64,000 bases of DNA, taken from the IMG/VR virus record IMGVR_UViG_3300047172_000080, positions 1 through 64,000 of that record, one strand, 5' to 3'. Both the position numbers and the translations under genes were made by a program. Numbering within the stretch: the first letter of the stretch is position 1; each line of letters begins with the position of its first letter. Below are positions 9,980-19,211 of the stretch, piece after piece. Under the pieces are notes generated by a model. The model was not told the origin of the DNA. It did no database searches and saw only the letters and a list, made by a program, of their open reading frames with translations. The DNA comes from a virus.

Positions 9980-10125
9980 CGAGCATGTTTCTTATTTAAA
10001 GGCTCCCCTTTTTTATAATTTCTATTTTCTTGTACAGCGATTTCATAAGAACGTTCTTTAGAAGGAAGATCCAATACGTGATTAACTAATTCTTTATAGT
10101 TCATCTTTAACAAATAAGTTACCAA
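9919..10125 (-). CDS. hypothetical protein
   Basis: ORF; likely start at internal MNYKEL. Confidence 0.5.
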   Translation of the reverse strand: MVTYLLKMNYKELVNHVLDLPSKERSYEIAVQENRNYKKGEPLNKKHARWHVEDVAIDTDGALVLLIG

Positions 10126-10189
10126 CTATAACAATAACAAGTGAAATTAAACCTATTCCAATAAATAACCAAAAGTCATTCCAATTCAT
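10094..10189 (-). CDS. 31-aa single-TM peptide (not in ORF track)
   Basis: manual translation MNWNDFWLFIGIGLISLVIVIVGNLFVKDEL directly after the ATPase stop. Confidence 0.45.
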   Translation of the reverse strand: MNWNDFWLFIGIGLISLVIVIVGNLFVKDEL

Positions 10190-10193
10190 AATT

Positions 10194-10916
10194 TTATTCA
10201 ATACTTAGTTCTCTCATTAGATTATCTGTGTCATTTTCATCACCGCCATATACTTTACTGGCGGGTTGTAACTTACCTTTAATATTATTTCTCAAATCTC
10301 TAAGTTGATCCTCATGGATCTTAGCATACGGAGTTGTTTTTCTTAATATTCTAACAATGTCTTTATCTGTAAATTCACGCATCTTATCATCAAACGCATA
10401 TAACATGGCTTCCTGAACAGCTACGTCAATTTCCGCTCCAGTAAGTAACTCACTTTTAATAGCTAGTTCTTCTAACTTAAACTTTTCAGGATCTCTATTA
10501 TACTTGGCAATAATAACCTTAAAGATATCCATTCGCTCACGTTTAGTAGGAAGGTCTACAAAGAATTTTTCATCGAATCTTCCAGAACGAATTAACTCAG
10601 GAGGCAACAACATAAAGTTATTGCAAGTTGCGACCATGAAGCTAGTAGAAGTTTTTTCAGATAACCAATTTAACAATGTACCAAACAACCTAGATGAAGT
10701 ACCACTATCTCCTGATCCAGATACTGCGCCAGCATTAAAACTCTTTTCAAATTCGTCCAGAAGAATGACGGATTTTCCAATAGCATCTACCGTAGCCAAA
10801 ACTGCACGCATGTTGCTTTCAGACTCTCCAACACGACTTCCAAACAATTTACCTACATCCAATTTCCATAGTGGACTATTAAAAGCATTGGCAATAGCTT
10901 TACTAACTAACGTTTT
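10194..10916 (-). CDS. Ycf46-like AAA ATPase, exon 2
   Basis: begins KTLVSKAIANAFNSPLWKLDVG (completes Walker A GIPGTG/KT); Walker B ILLDEFEK; SRH LPPELIRSGRFDE. Confidence 0.9.
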   Translation of the reverse strand, partial: KTLVSKAIANAFNSPLWKLDVGKLFGSRVGESESNMRAVLATVDAIGKSVILLDEFEKSFNAGAVSGSGDSGTSSRLFGTLLNWLSEKTSTSFMVATCNNFMLLPPELIRSGRFDEKFFVDLPTKRERMDIFKVIIAKYNRDPEKFKLEELAIKSELLTGAEIDVAVQEAMLYAFDDKMREFTDKDIVRILRKTTPYAKIHEDQLRDLRNNIKGKLQPASKVYGGDENDTDNLMRELSIE

Positions 10917-11236
10917 CAGTTTGTTATCGTATAGGCTTTTTATCCTATACTTCTATACCTTGTTTTTTGGTATAGCTCAGCATATCTTTTCACCTTAAAT
11001 AAATGAAGGTGTCGTGGCCTCTTGGAGGAATTATATTTTTTCATCCTCTATGCGTTGCCCCTGTCTATATAGAATAATCTATAATAACTTCAGGTCTGAT
11101 TCTCATTTCAGAGTTCCAGTTTTTTTTTCCACGATTTTACTCTTATTTGTTTCCAAATAAGGTGGCAAAATATTTAGTTTATAACAATCTAAATACCTGC
11201 TTACTTTTCTATCTAAAATAAAGTAAACAGTATATT
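10917..11236 (-). ncRNA. group I self-splicing intron (IA-like, 320 nt, no ORF)
   Basis: exon 1 ends in U (11237), intron ends in G (10917); removal restores GIPGTG|KT in frame; P7 GCAUA(11053-11049)/UAUGC(10984-10980) within AAGAUAUGCUG; P3 UCGUGG/CCACGA; IGS UUUUGCCA; P2 GAAA tetraloop; P8 and P9 hairpins. Confidence 0.92.
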
Positions 11237-12115
11237 ACCAGTTCCTGGGATTCCTGCCAACAATACAGCTTTTGGTGCTTTTAATCCATACTTCTTGGCT
11301 TCAGGAGAAAATACTTTTCTACGATTAAGAATCCATTCTTTAACATTTTCCAAAGCACCTACATTATCAAATGAGATATCTGCTTCAATATATTCCAACA
11401 AACTGTTCTTTTTAATTTGCTGAATCTTTTCTTCAAAGACGATATCTAGATAAGCCTTATCAAACGAACCTTTAGTCGTAATACTTGCTAATGAAAAAGC
11501 TGCATCAATTTCAGAAGCAGTCATGCCTTTAGCTGCTTCAGTTACATTAGTAATAAATTCTTCAGTAACTACTACATTTTCCCTACCTTTACTTTTTACA
11601 GCTTGATTGGTAGCTCTTATATTGTCTTGTAAGGTATTTTTAATCGCTTGTTCATCTGGAAGAAAATATTCTACAACTTGAACTTCTTTTTCTAATTCTA
11701 TAGGAATTGTAAAATTAGGCGAAATGAATACTATCATATTGGCATTCAGCCTAAGTACGTTAGCTAAATTTCTAATCTGCCTAATATAATCCTTAGCTTT
11801 TACACGAGATTCCAGTTCCATATGGAAATCTCTAAGTACATAGACACATTTCTTTTCTTTTCTCTCCGTTACTCCTTTTTCAATCCATTTAAGAAGTATG
11901 GTAGCATCATCTGAATCTTTAGGAGCATTAAACTTATCGTCATCTCTAGCCAAGATACCTGCAACTGAGTCCCAAAAGTAAAACTTACCAAAATTTTCTC
12001 TAGTTTTTAATGCTTCATATAGGTCATTTGTAACACGTTTCTCTTCGTGTGTATTAATTACAATTAGGGGATACGCCGCTTTAGCGTAATTCAACATCTT
12101 TTCTGCAAAATTCAT
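11237..12115 (-). CDS. Ycf46-like AAA ATPase, exon 1 (spliced protein 533 aa)
   Basis: AAYPLI.I.THEE.R, VYVLRDFH, IPIELEKE, FDNVGAL...K.W, AVLLAGIPGTG. Confidence 0.9.
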
Positions 12116-12450
12116 TTTAATTTTTCCCCATCAAAGGTTTTATCTTGTAGATTAAAACAACCCATTAATGCTTTATAAATAATATAACGTCTATTCCAAC
12201 CTTTGTTTTGCATTTGTTTAGCAATAAAGTTATTTTCCAAAGTACCTACATGCTCATCCAAGTAATCAATAATCTCATCAATCATATGCCTAGAAGATTT
12301 AGTTTTTTTATAATTAGGTTCTTGAATAGTAGAAACTGGTTCTACTGTTACAACTTTTACTTCTTTAACCTTTTTCGGCTTAACGGCTTCCTCAACAATG
12401 GGGTTCAACCGAGGGCGACCGCGTTTCTTTTTTTCAATTTCTTTAGTCAT
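12112..12450 (-). CDS. hypothetical protein with AT-hook-like motif
   Basis: KKKRGRPR near N-terminus. Confidence 0.6.
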   Translation of the reverse strand: MTKEIEKKKRGRPRLNPIVEEAVKPKKVKEVKVVTVEPVSTIQEPNYKKTKSSRHMIDEIIDYLDEHVGTLENNFIAKQMQNKGWNRRYIIYKALMGCFNLQDKTFDGEKLK

Positions 12451-12806
12451 ATTAAATCTAATGCTTTCTTTTCTTCATTTGTTAATTTATTCAAAGCTTG
12501 TTTTTTTATTTCATCTATTTGACGCCTTTCTTCAGCTAACCCTATTTGATAATTAACTTCATCTTGTATATTTATCCACTGTGTTTCTTCAGGATCGTTT
12601 ACATCAAGTAAATAAGTATTTACTTCTGTGTAGAGGGATAACATAATGTGATTAGATAGATTATGCGTGAAATCAAAATATATATCTGCATAACCTTTAT
12701 AAGGGGATACTCTTGCTAATAAATCAAGAATATCTAAGGGTAAATTCGTTTTAAAATCTTTATATGGGTTTAATTTTTGTTCTGTTTGGAGTTTTTTTGT
12801 TATCAT
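12447..12806 (-). CDS. hypothetical protein
   Basis: C-terminal KKQALNKLTNEEKKALDL motif common in small phage proteins. Confidence 0.65.
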   Translation of the reverse strand: MITKKLQTEQKLNPYKDFKTNLPLDILDLLARVSPYKGYADIYFDFTHNLSNHIMLSLYTEVNTYLLDVNDPEETQWINIQDEVNYQIGLAEERRQIDEIKKQALNKLTNEEKKALDLI

Positions 12807-12991
12807 ACTAGTTCTAACTCCTTTACATATTCTCCAACTTCTTCTTTTAAATCAGGATAATACACTGTACAGATATCATCTGATACCTTAGTAACTGTAC
12901 CTTTTAAGCCTAATCTTTTATTTTCGAAGAGAAGATGTTGACTGTTAATTACCTTGTCTTGTGGGTGGAGCTTGAGTTGGTGTTTCTTCAT
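12803..12991 (-). CDS. hypothetical protein (SH3/KOW-like)
   Basis: DKV...GTVTKV...VYYP...ELELV pattern. Confidence 0.5.
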   Translation of the reverse strand: MKKHQLKLHPQDKVINSQHLLFENKRLGLKGTVTKVSDDICTVYYPDLKEEVGEYVKELELV

Positions 12992-13119
12992 CTAACGTTA
13001 ATTTTGGTGCGGTTAATACTTTAAGTGCTATCGCTGTTCCCTTTTGATACCTTGTGTAAGGTACAGTTTTTTTAATTTTGCCATCTTTACTTTGATAAAA
13101 TTCTGTAGTTTTACTCATA
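12945..13119 (-). CDS. small basic hypothetical protein
   Basis: ORF-track frame; ATG at 13119 (MSKTTEFYQ) is a more plausible start than 13166. Confidence 0.4.
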
Positions 13120-13165
13120 TTTATAGTCTTTCTTATTAAGAGGTTATAGGTTAGTATATCGAACA

Positions 13166-14881
13166 ATGCACGTAGTAGAAACGATTAAATCGTTATTTGC
13201 CAAGAAGACACCTAGAACTAATTTCTTAGCTAGGCAATTAATGTTTAATAATATGCCTATGTCCTATATCGTGGAAAACTATCTCCACGACAATGAAAGA
13301 AAACCTCAGAAGTTAGATAACTTTCCAATGATTAGGTATATCTACGATAATTTTCCAGATAAATTACTTCTCAAATGTAGCCGTAAAACTTTAAAATCTA
13401 CCATCTTAAGTAATACCCAAACAGTCAATATGATCAAATGGAATGATTACCATCAGATGTATGTAGCCAATTTGGAACGTTCAGCTAAAAACTTTTCATC
13501 AGATTACTTTGTTCCTAGATTTAATAGCCCTAAAATTAAAGAAATTCTGAGTTCAAAAATATGGGAAAAAGATGATGTGTTTAAAAAGGTACTGGCAGAT
13601 ACTTTAAGTTCTACATTATTTACTTATTGTTCAGAAGATGCAAGTCGTACTCGTGGACCAAGTACCCACGAAAACTTCATCGATGAAATTCAAGAAATTG
13701 AATATAGCCAGTTACCAATTATTAACGAAACGATGTCAATTTTGGGGTTATACCGCCAGCGTTATGCAGGCACTCCATTAGGCACAAGTAATTCCATTGA
13801 AAAATTATGGACTACTACAAATCAATGTGAATGGATGACTAAATGTACAGCTTGTAATCATTGGAATTATTTAGATGTAGCAAATGATCCATTAAAGATG
13901 ATTTTAGAACATGGTTATAGTTGTTCTAAATGTAGTAAAGTTATTGATACTAGTATTGGTGAGTGGGTAGCAGCTAATCCTAATGAAAAATATTTCTTTG
14001 GTTTTCATTTAGCTCAACCAATGTTACCTCACTACAATAGAGATCCTGAAAGTAAAGCATGGCAAGAAATTCTTACAAAATTAAAAACATATGATGAGGT
14101 TAGAATTTTTAATGAGGTATTAGGTTTAAGTTTTGATTCTGAAGCTGTTACTCCTATTACTGAACCGGAATTACGTGCAGCTTGTGTATTAGGCCCTATG
14201 TATGATTCTAGTAATGGTTTAAAGATTTATAATGATCATAGACTCCAATACAGAATGAACTCCTTAGGGGCAGACTGGGGAGTAAATGGGCAGACATCCA
14301 GAACAGTGGGTGTATTAGGTGGGATAAGAGGTGATGGGGTATTGGAAATTTATTGGATGAAGAATTTTCGTGATTTTAAATATAGCAGTCATATTGAAGA
14401 AATGGCTGTTAAAGCCAATGCTGTAAATGCCAAATGTGGTTGTGATTCTGGTCCTGACCCTGATAGAGGAATTAGATTAGCTGAGTTAACCATGCGTAAT
14501 GGTAATTTAAATTGTAACTTAATTCGTTATGAACATGGTAAGGTTATTCAACGATACGACTGGACTCCAGGATCGGACTGGAGATCTGCGCGTTGGGTAT
14601 TACATAGATCAGATACTATTGGTTTAATGTTTAAATTAATTAAACAAAAAAGAATACTTTTTCCTAGATGGGAAGACTGTTCTGTATTCTTACAAGATCT
14701 ATTAAATGAGCATATCGAAATAAGAGAAGGACTAATTCGACAAGAACAATTTTATAGAAGAAAAGATCTGGAACTACCTGATGACTTCGTACATGCAATC
14801 AACTATTGTGCCATGACAGCATTAGCGGATATCGGAGATGGTAATTTAACAGGTGTAAGACCTTCTTCTTCAGCAGAATAA
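13166..14881 (+). CDS. terminase large subunit (GpA-like)
   Basis: Walker A-like KCSRKTLKST, RTRGPS, Walker B FIDE, motif III AGTP, two CxxC, nuclease GADWG and PDDFVHA. Confidence 0.85.
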   Translation: MHVVETIKSLFAKKTPRTNFLARQLMFNNMPMSYIVENYLHDNERKPQKLDNFPMIRYIYDNFPDKLLLKCSRKTLKSTILSNTQTVNMIKWNDYHQMYVANLERSAKNFSSDYFVPRFNSPKIKEILSSKIWEKDDVFKKVLADTLSSTLFTYCSEDASRTRGPSTHENFIDEIQEIEYSQLPIINETMSILGLYRQRYAGTPLGTSNSIEKLWTTTNQCEWMTKCTACNHWNYLDVANDPLKMILEHGYSCSKCSKVIDTSIGEWVAANPNEKYFFGFHLAQPMLPHYNRDPESKAWQEILTKLKTYDEVRIFNEVLGLSFDSEAVTPITEPELRAACVLGPMYDSSNGLKIYNDHRLQYRMNSLGADWGVNGQTSRTVGVLGGIRGDGVLEIYWMKNFRDFKYSSHIEEMAVKANAVNAKCGCDSGPDPDRGIRLAELTMRNGNLNCNLIRYEHGKVIQRYDWTPGSDWRSARWVLHRSDTIGLMFKLIKQKRILFPRWEDCSVFLQDLLNEHIEIREGLIRQEQFYRRKDLELPDDFVHAINYCAMTALADIGDGNLTGVRPSSSAE

Positions 14882-15147
14882 CAAATATCCGTAGGATCTT
14901 TCTTAGCTTGTATTTGATCAATAAGTCTCTGTCTACGAATAGGTGCTTCAATTTTTTCTTTAGCACGAGCCTCTGCTAATTTTCTTTTAGCTTCATCGAT
15001 ATATGAAGTATCTCCATTTGCATAAGTTATAAAAGCTCTACTAGCGTTTTCAGACATTCCTTCCATTACAAGAGTATCATCTGTAATAGGATGCTGCACA
15101 TTAAGACCAGCCTCATCCCAAAGTTGACTAAATTTTTCAAATGTCAT
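14803..15147 (-). CDS. hypothetical protein
   Basis: ATGA-coupled to the MazG-like gene; overlaps the terminase 3' end in antisense by 79 bp. Confidence 0.5.
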   Translation of the reverse strand: MTFEKFSQLWDEAGLNVQHPITDDTLVMEGMSENASRAFITYANGDTSYIDEAKRKLAEARAKEKIEAPIRRQRLIDQIQAKKDPTDICYSAEEEGLTPVKLPSPISANAVMAQ

Positions 15148-15470
15148 AATTTTATAGGGCTATTTACTCTATCACTAACTTCATTAAACTTAGCTCTGAC
15201 ACACTCACCTAAATCCAAGTTTAAAGCATTAGCAATATGATCCACGTAAGTAACGATATCTGCTAGTTCTTTGCCTATTTCGTTAATATCTATCTTATCC
15301 CCTCGTCTGAGTTTTTTAATGAGGTTACAGGCTTCTCCTACTTCACCAGCAGTGGCACAACCCCAATCTGTAAGTGTCCAATCGCTACATTTATGAAAGT
15401 GTTTTTCACAACGTTCTACATTGGCTATTCTTAATTCTGCAAAATTCAACGGTTTAACAACGTTAAGCAT
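15144..15470 (-). CDS. MazG-like nucleotide pyrophosphohydrolase
   Basis: AGEVGEACNLIKK...KELADIVTY...KFNEVS. Confidence 0.85.
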   Translation of the reverse strand: MLNVVKPLNFAELRIANVERCEKHFHKCSDWTLTDWGCATAGEVGEACNLIKKLRRGDKIDINEIGKELADIVTYVDHIANALNLDLGECVRAKFNEVSDRVNSPIKL

Positions 15471-15678
15471 ATTTTATATTAACTCCTGTTATAATTACAT
15501 GTGTACCAAAAGTTATCATTGGATCAAATGTAGCTTCTTCATTTCTATTTAAACTAACTCCACTAGTGTTGCTTATCTTAAGATAAAGTTCTCCGGTTTT
15601 ATCTTCTTTAAAAAAAGCAAACATAGGAACGTCTTCAAATGCTATTATTTTTGAACCATCTTCTATAATTACTTTCAT
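15463..15678 (-). CDS. hypothetical protein
   Basis: ORF in packed operon. Confidence 0.55.
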   Translation of the reverse strand: MKVIIEDGSKIIAFEDVPMFAFFKEDKTGELYLKISNTSGVSLNRNEEATFDPMITFGTHVIITGVNIKYA

Positions 15679-15679
15679 A

Positions 15680-16207
15680 TTATTCTATAATGACATCTAC
15701 GATTGCGGGGTTATTATTAATATAATACATAGCTTCTCGTTCTGTTCTAAAAAACAAATCAATAACAGGTAATCGGCCATGACTAGCTTTTCGTGATATT
15801 ACATCTGATCCTGTATCCACAGCTACGACGCTATGCCCATCAGGAAGGCTTATATGGCTTCCATATGGTATTAGATTAGGATCTACAGCAGCACTAATTC
15901 CACTTTGTAAAGCAACCCCAGTTGAACTTTCCAAATGCCTAGAGTAGTAATCACTACCACCAGCACCACTTGCCCAGTAAGTTGTAAGTCTTACTTTAAT
16001 GGCTTTAGGTTCTTTTTCTTTTGTTATTTCACTAGAAACATCTTTTTTACTTTTAAGTAAAAAATGGGTATTTGGTGAAAATGTGTGATTACTAGTTATT
16101 ACGTGGCATTTTGTATTATATACAGAAAAGCCAATGCTTTTAGCTTCTGTATTGAATATACATAATACAAATAATATAACTATCGTTATGAATGACTTCA
16201 TTCCCAT
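15680..16207 (-). CDS. secreted 3D-domain (lytic transglycosylase-like) protein
   Basis: signal peptide; TTY, AAVDPNLIPYGS, AVDTG, IDLF (three Asp). Confidence 0.85.
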   Translation of the reverse strand: MGMKSFITIVILFVLCIFNTEAKSIGFSVYNTKCHVITSNHTFSPNTHFLLKSKKDVSSEITKEKEPKAIKVRLTTYWASGAGGSDYYSRHLESSTGVALQSGISAAVDPNLIPYGSHISLPDGHSVVAVDTGSDVISRKASHGRLPVIDLFFRTEREAMYYINNNPAIVDVIIE

Positions 16208-16222
16208 ACTGCCCCTTTCTGT

Positions 16223-16771
16223 TTAGGTTTCTATTTTTTCGACATAACTTATCGCTTTATTAATGTGATAGTCGAAAAGCTCTTTAAGCGCGGTATTCTT
16301 ATCCTTATCATCTGATTTATTACCATTTGGCATAATGACATCAGGAAATAATTCAGGAGGACTAGACATACCAAAGTCATGGAAAATTTTACCTAAGTAA
16401 ACGTTAATATCTCCATTAAATTTTATTGTATCATGTCTTATCAGATAAGATTCCGCTAAAGATTTAACAGCTTCTTCAGGAGTTAATATAGATACAATAA
16501 AAGGATCGACTGCAACATTAGATAGTAAATGAGAACAAGTCTCAAAAACATTCCAATTAGTTTCAAATAAATCAGATGTTAGAATTTCAATAGCTGCATT
16601 TAACTTATCTAATTGCATATCATTCAAGGACATACTGTAAGTTTTATCAATCTCACTTCTAATAACTTCAGGGTCCCATTCCAATGCTTCTGCACCAAAT
16701 ACAGATATAAAAACTATAAGCAAAGCTATAGCTGGTGCTTCTAAATCTTTATATACTTCGTTAATAAACAT
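16223..16771 (-). CDS. conserved phage protein (possible virion/head protein)
   Basis: 182-aa ORF; FG.EALEWDPE motif; no function assignable. Confidence 0.6.
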   Translation of the reverse strand: MFINEVYKDLEAPAIALLIVFISVFGAEALEWDPEVIRSEIDKTYSMSLNDMQLDKLNAAIEILTSDLFETNWNVFETCSHLLSNVAVDPFIVSILTPEEAVKSLAESYLIRHDTIKFNGDINVYLGKIFHDFGMSSPPELFPDVIMPNGNKSDDKDKNTALKELFDYHINKAISYVEKIET

Positions 16772-16918
16772 AATACAATTTTAGCCTATAACTTGAATGA
16801 AAGTCTAGTTAAACAGCCTCTAAGTCTTTTTCAAAAAATACAGAAATAACTGTCTGTATAAATCTTAGAACAGCAATCGACACTTTTACCCAATATAAAA
16901 AAACGCTCATCTTACTCC

Positions 16919-17338
16919 TTATTTCTTGTTGTACTCTTCAAACTCTCCACTGCTAGTAGTATAGAACATTTTTTTAAAACCAACCTGTTCTAACAACGAC
17001 TGACACCCTTTACAGGGATAACTATTATTTATTTTCTGATTTCTATCTATTCTAATATTTACAAATGTGATATCTGTACAATCATCTTTACCATACTTAA
17101 TACAACCTTGTAGTTCAGAATGGGACCCTACAGTATGACCTATATGTTCATTTTGTCTATTAGAATAATTGTATTTTAAATTTTTAGCATTAGTCTTTGA
17201 ATCATTGATTCCTATACTCAATATTTTACTTTTTTTAATTAAAAAAGTTACATGATGATTTCTAATATCATCTCTATTTCTTGGTGCTAATGCTCTGGCT
17301 ATTTCTATTAATCTGTTAAATTTCGAGGAGCCTATCAT
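16919..17338 (-). CDS. cytidine/deoxycytidylate deaminase-like protein
   Basis: HSE and PCKGC zinc motifs, SIGIN. Confidence 0.8.
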   Translation of the reverse strand: MIGSSKFNRLIEIARALAPRNRDDIRNHHVTFLIKKSKILSIGINDSKTNAKNLKYNYSNRQNEHIGHTVGSHSELQGCIKYGKDDCTDITFVNIRIDRNQKINNSYPCKGCQSLLEQVGFKKMFYTTSSGEFEEYNKK

Positions 17339-17374
17339 TGTTTAAAAATATTTCTGAAGAAAATTTTCTATTTC

Positions 17375-17440
17375 TAATGTTACAATTAAGGTTGATCGAG
17401 TGTATATTAACCCTGTTGATCAACCTTAATTGTAACATTA
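17375..17440. repeat. perfect 23-bp inverted repeat with 20-nt spacer
   Basis: TAATGTTACAATTAAGGTTGATC (17375-17397) / GATCAACCTTAATTGTAACATTA (17418-17440). Confidence 0.95.
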
Positions 17441-17553
17441 TCTATCATAGAATCTGAATTAATGTGTATATTTTCTATAAAAGGAGCAGACTCATCAACA
17501 CCTGCATCTTTAATTAATGAACACCATAATTCCATTGTTTCTGAAACAGTCAT
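17407..17553 (-). CDS. hypothetical protein (48 aa, possibly truncated)
   Basis: ATGA-coupled to the upstream gene; stops inside the inverted-repeat spacer. Confidence 0.4.
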   Translation of the reverse strand: MTVSETMELWCSLIKDAGVDESAPFIENIHINSDSMIDNVTIKVDQQG

Positions 17554-18110
17554 ATTTCTAAACTCCTGTCATTTTTAATAAAGGCGTCTCTTTGAGTAGT
17601 ATCTACCTTAACTTTTTCTTTAACTCTACGTTCTACTGTAGAAACAACTGTTCTTTCGGAGCCTGGAATTGCTAAATCTACACCAACCCTATATCCTACC
17701 GTACCATCTGGATTAACAGACATAAGATTACCATTCGAATCAATAAGGGCATTTCCTCTTTGGCTTACTAAAACAGTATTATTAGGAGGTGAATTTGTTG
17801 TTACTCTAAATACCGTTGTCATATTACTTATACTATTATCCAAATCTCTAGCCATCTCATTAACAAACATATCTCTAATTGTAGATCTAACATCAATATT
17901 TTGAGTCAGTGTAGCTGCTGTTAATCGTTCATCATTAATAGCTATTTTTTCTTGATTTGAAAATTGAGTATCTGCATAAGCTATTAAATCAGGAAACAAC
18001 GAGCCTATTGTAGGGTTAATTAAGAATTCCCTTAAGACAGCCTTAGGGACATGCATTAACTTAATACCTTTAAACTTACCTAAAGGACATTTATCATTAC
18101 CTCTTAACAT
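17550..18110 (-). CDS. hypothetical protein with DUF3820-like N-terminus
   Basis: CPLGKFKGIKLMHVP..L. Confidence 0.55.
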   Translation of the reverse strand: MLRGNDKCPLGKFKGIKLMHVPKAVLREFLINPTIGSLFPDLIAYADTQFSNQEKIAINDERLTAATLTQNIDVRSTIRDMFVNEMARDLDNSISNMTTVFRVTTNSPPNNTVLVSQRGNALIDSNGNLMSVNPDGTVGYRVGVDLAIPGSERTVVSTVERRVKEKVKVDTTQRDAFIKNDRSLEI

Positions 18111-18145
18111 AGGAGAACCATACCTCCTTCTAGAGGATTTTCAAA

Positions 18146-19174
18146 CTAAATATGATTTATACCTGATAGTTCAAAAAATAAAGGTAAGTCAGAATTAGGC
18201 ATAGTAGGAAGCACATCCCTTAATTCATTCGAATCTTGAGGATCTATATCTGCACCAAATGCCTGCTTATAAATATCGGTAGAAACTTTTTGAAGATCTT
18301 GCATCTTATAATAGTTTTCGCCTAGCTTAACTACATCTAAAACTTCTGCTACTTTCTCTACACTCATACTAAAAATCTGGTCTACAGGATCACCTAGAAC
18401 AGAATATTTATTATAATTATCATAGCAACCAGCCATTTTTTCCATATCATGACAAGCTGAAGCTATCTTCATAAAGTCATTGATATCATCAAGGCCATCT
18501 ACTTGCTCAGAAAGGGCCACGTAAGCGGTTTTAAACTCGGGATTAGGGTTATGCTTACTTCTACGAATAAGCTCTGTCTTAACGTGTTCTGGATGAGCAT
18601 AAAACATACCTGCATACTTACAGACTAGATCAGGTAGTTCATCCACACCTAAATCAGTAGCATGTTTAACAAAGTTTTCGCAAATTTCTTGACGCCACTG
18701 AAAAGGAATCTTACGGTAATTTTGAATATATTGTTCAGAAGCGAGTTTTAAATCCGAGGCAGTTTTAAACGGAAAAAGTTGCATCCCATCTCTTTCAAAT
18801 ACAACTTTTTCTGTATAATCCGCTGCTTCTTTTTTAAGTAATGATTCTTTATAGTTTTTTAAATCTTCAGTAATTTCAAATAACTCAGCAGCTTTTTGTA
18901 AACGATTTTCGACTTCTGCAGTATAAGTTTTATTGTATCTTTCTTCTAATGCTGCTTTTTTGTTAATAAAGTGTACATAACTTAGATAAGTACTTTCCTT
19001 TGTATTCTTTGGAAAAGCCTTATTATAGACATCGGCAAAAGCTTCCTTAGGTAAACCACTTAAATCTTTAAGTTCTGCTTCTTGAATATAATCGGGAACA
19101 TGTTCAGCCTTTTTTAAAAATCTATGGAGTTCTCTAAAGGAATAATCTGAAGTCTGATCAAAAGAAATTTTCAT
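18146..19174 (-). CDS. putative internal head/virion protein, K-x-A rich
   Basis: 342 aa with 15 K-x-A tripeptides. Confidence 0.55.
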   Translation of the reverse strand: MKISFDQTSDYSFRELHRFLKKAEHVPDYIQEAELKDLSGLPKEAFADVYNKAFPKNTKESTYLSYVHFINKKAALEERYNKTYTAEVENRLQKAAELFEITEDLKNYKESLLKKEAADYTEKVVFERDGMQLFPFKTASDLKLASEQYIQNYRKIPFQWRQEICENFVKHATDLGVDELPDLVCKYAGMFYAHPEHVKTELIRRSKHNPNPEFKTAYVALSEQVDGLDDINDFMKIASACHDMEKMAGCYDNYNKYSVLGDPVDQIFSMSVEKVAEVLDVVKLGENYYKMQDLQKVSTDIYKQAFGADIDPQDSNELRDVLPTMPNSDLPLFFELSGINHI

Positions 19175-19211
19175 TTGTATTTATTAATGCCTGAAGTACA
19201 TTTACTACTCC

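Noticed and set aside
10194-12115. ATPase as two genes, a frameshifted pseudogene or an intein host
   Set aside because: The intervening 320 nt has stops and a full group I fold, and its precise removal restores Walker A
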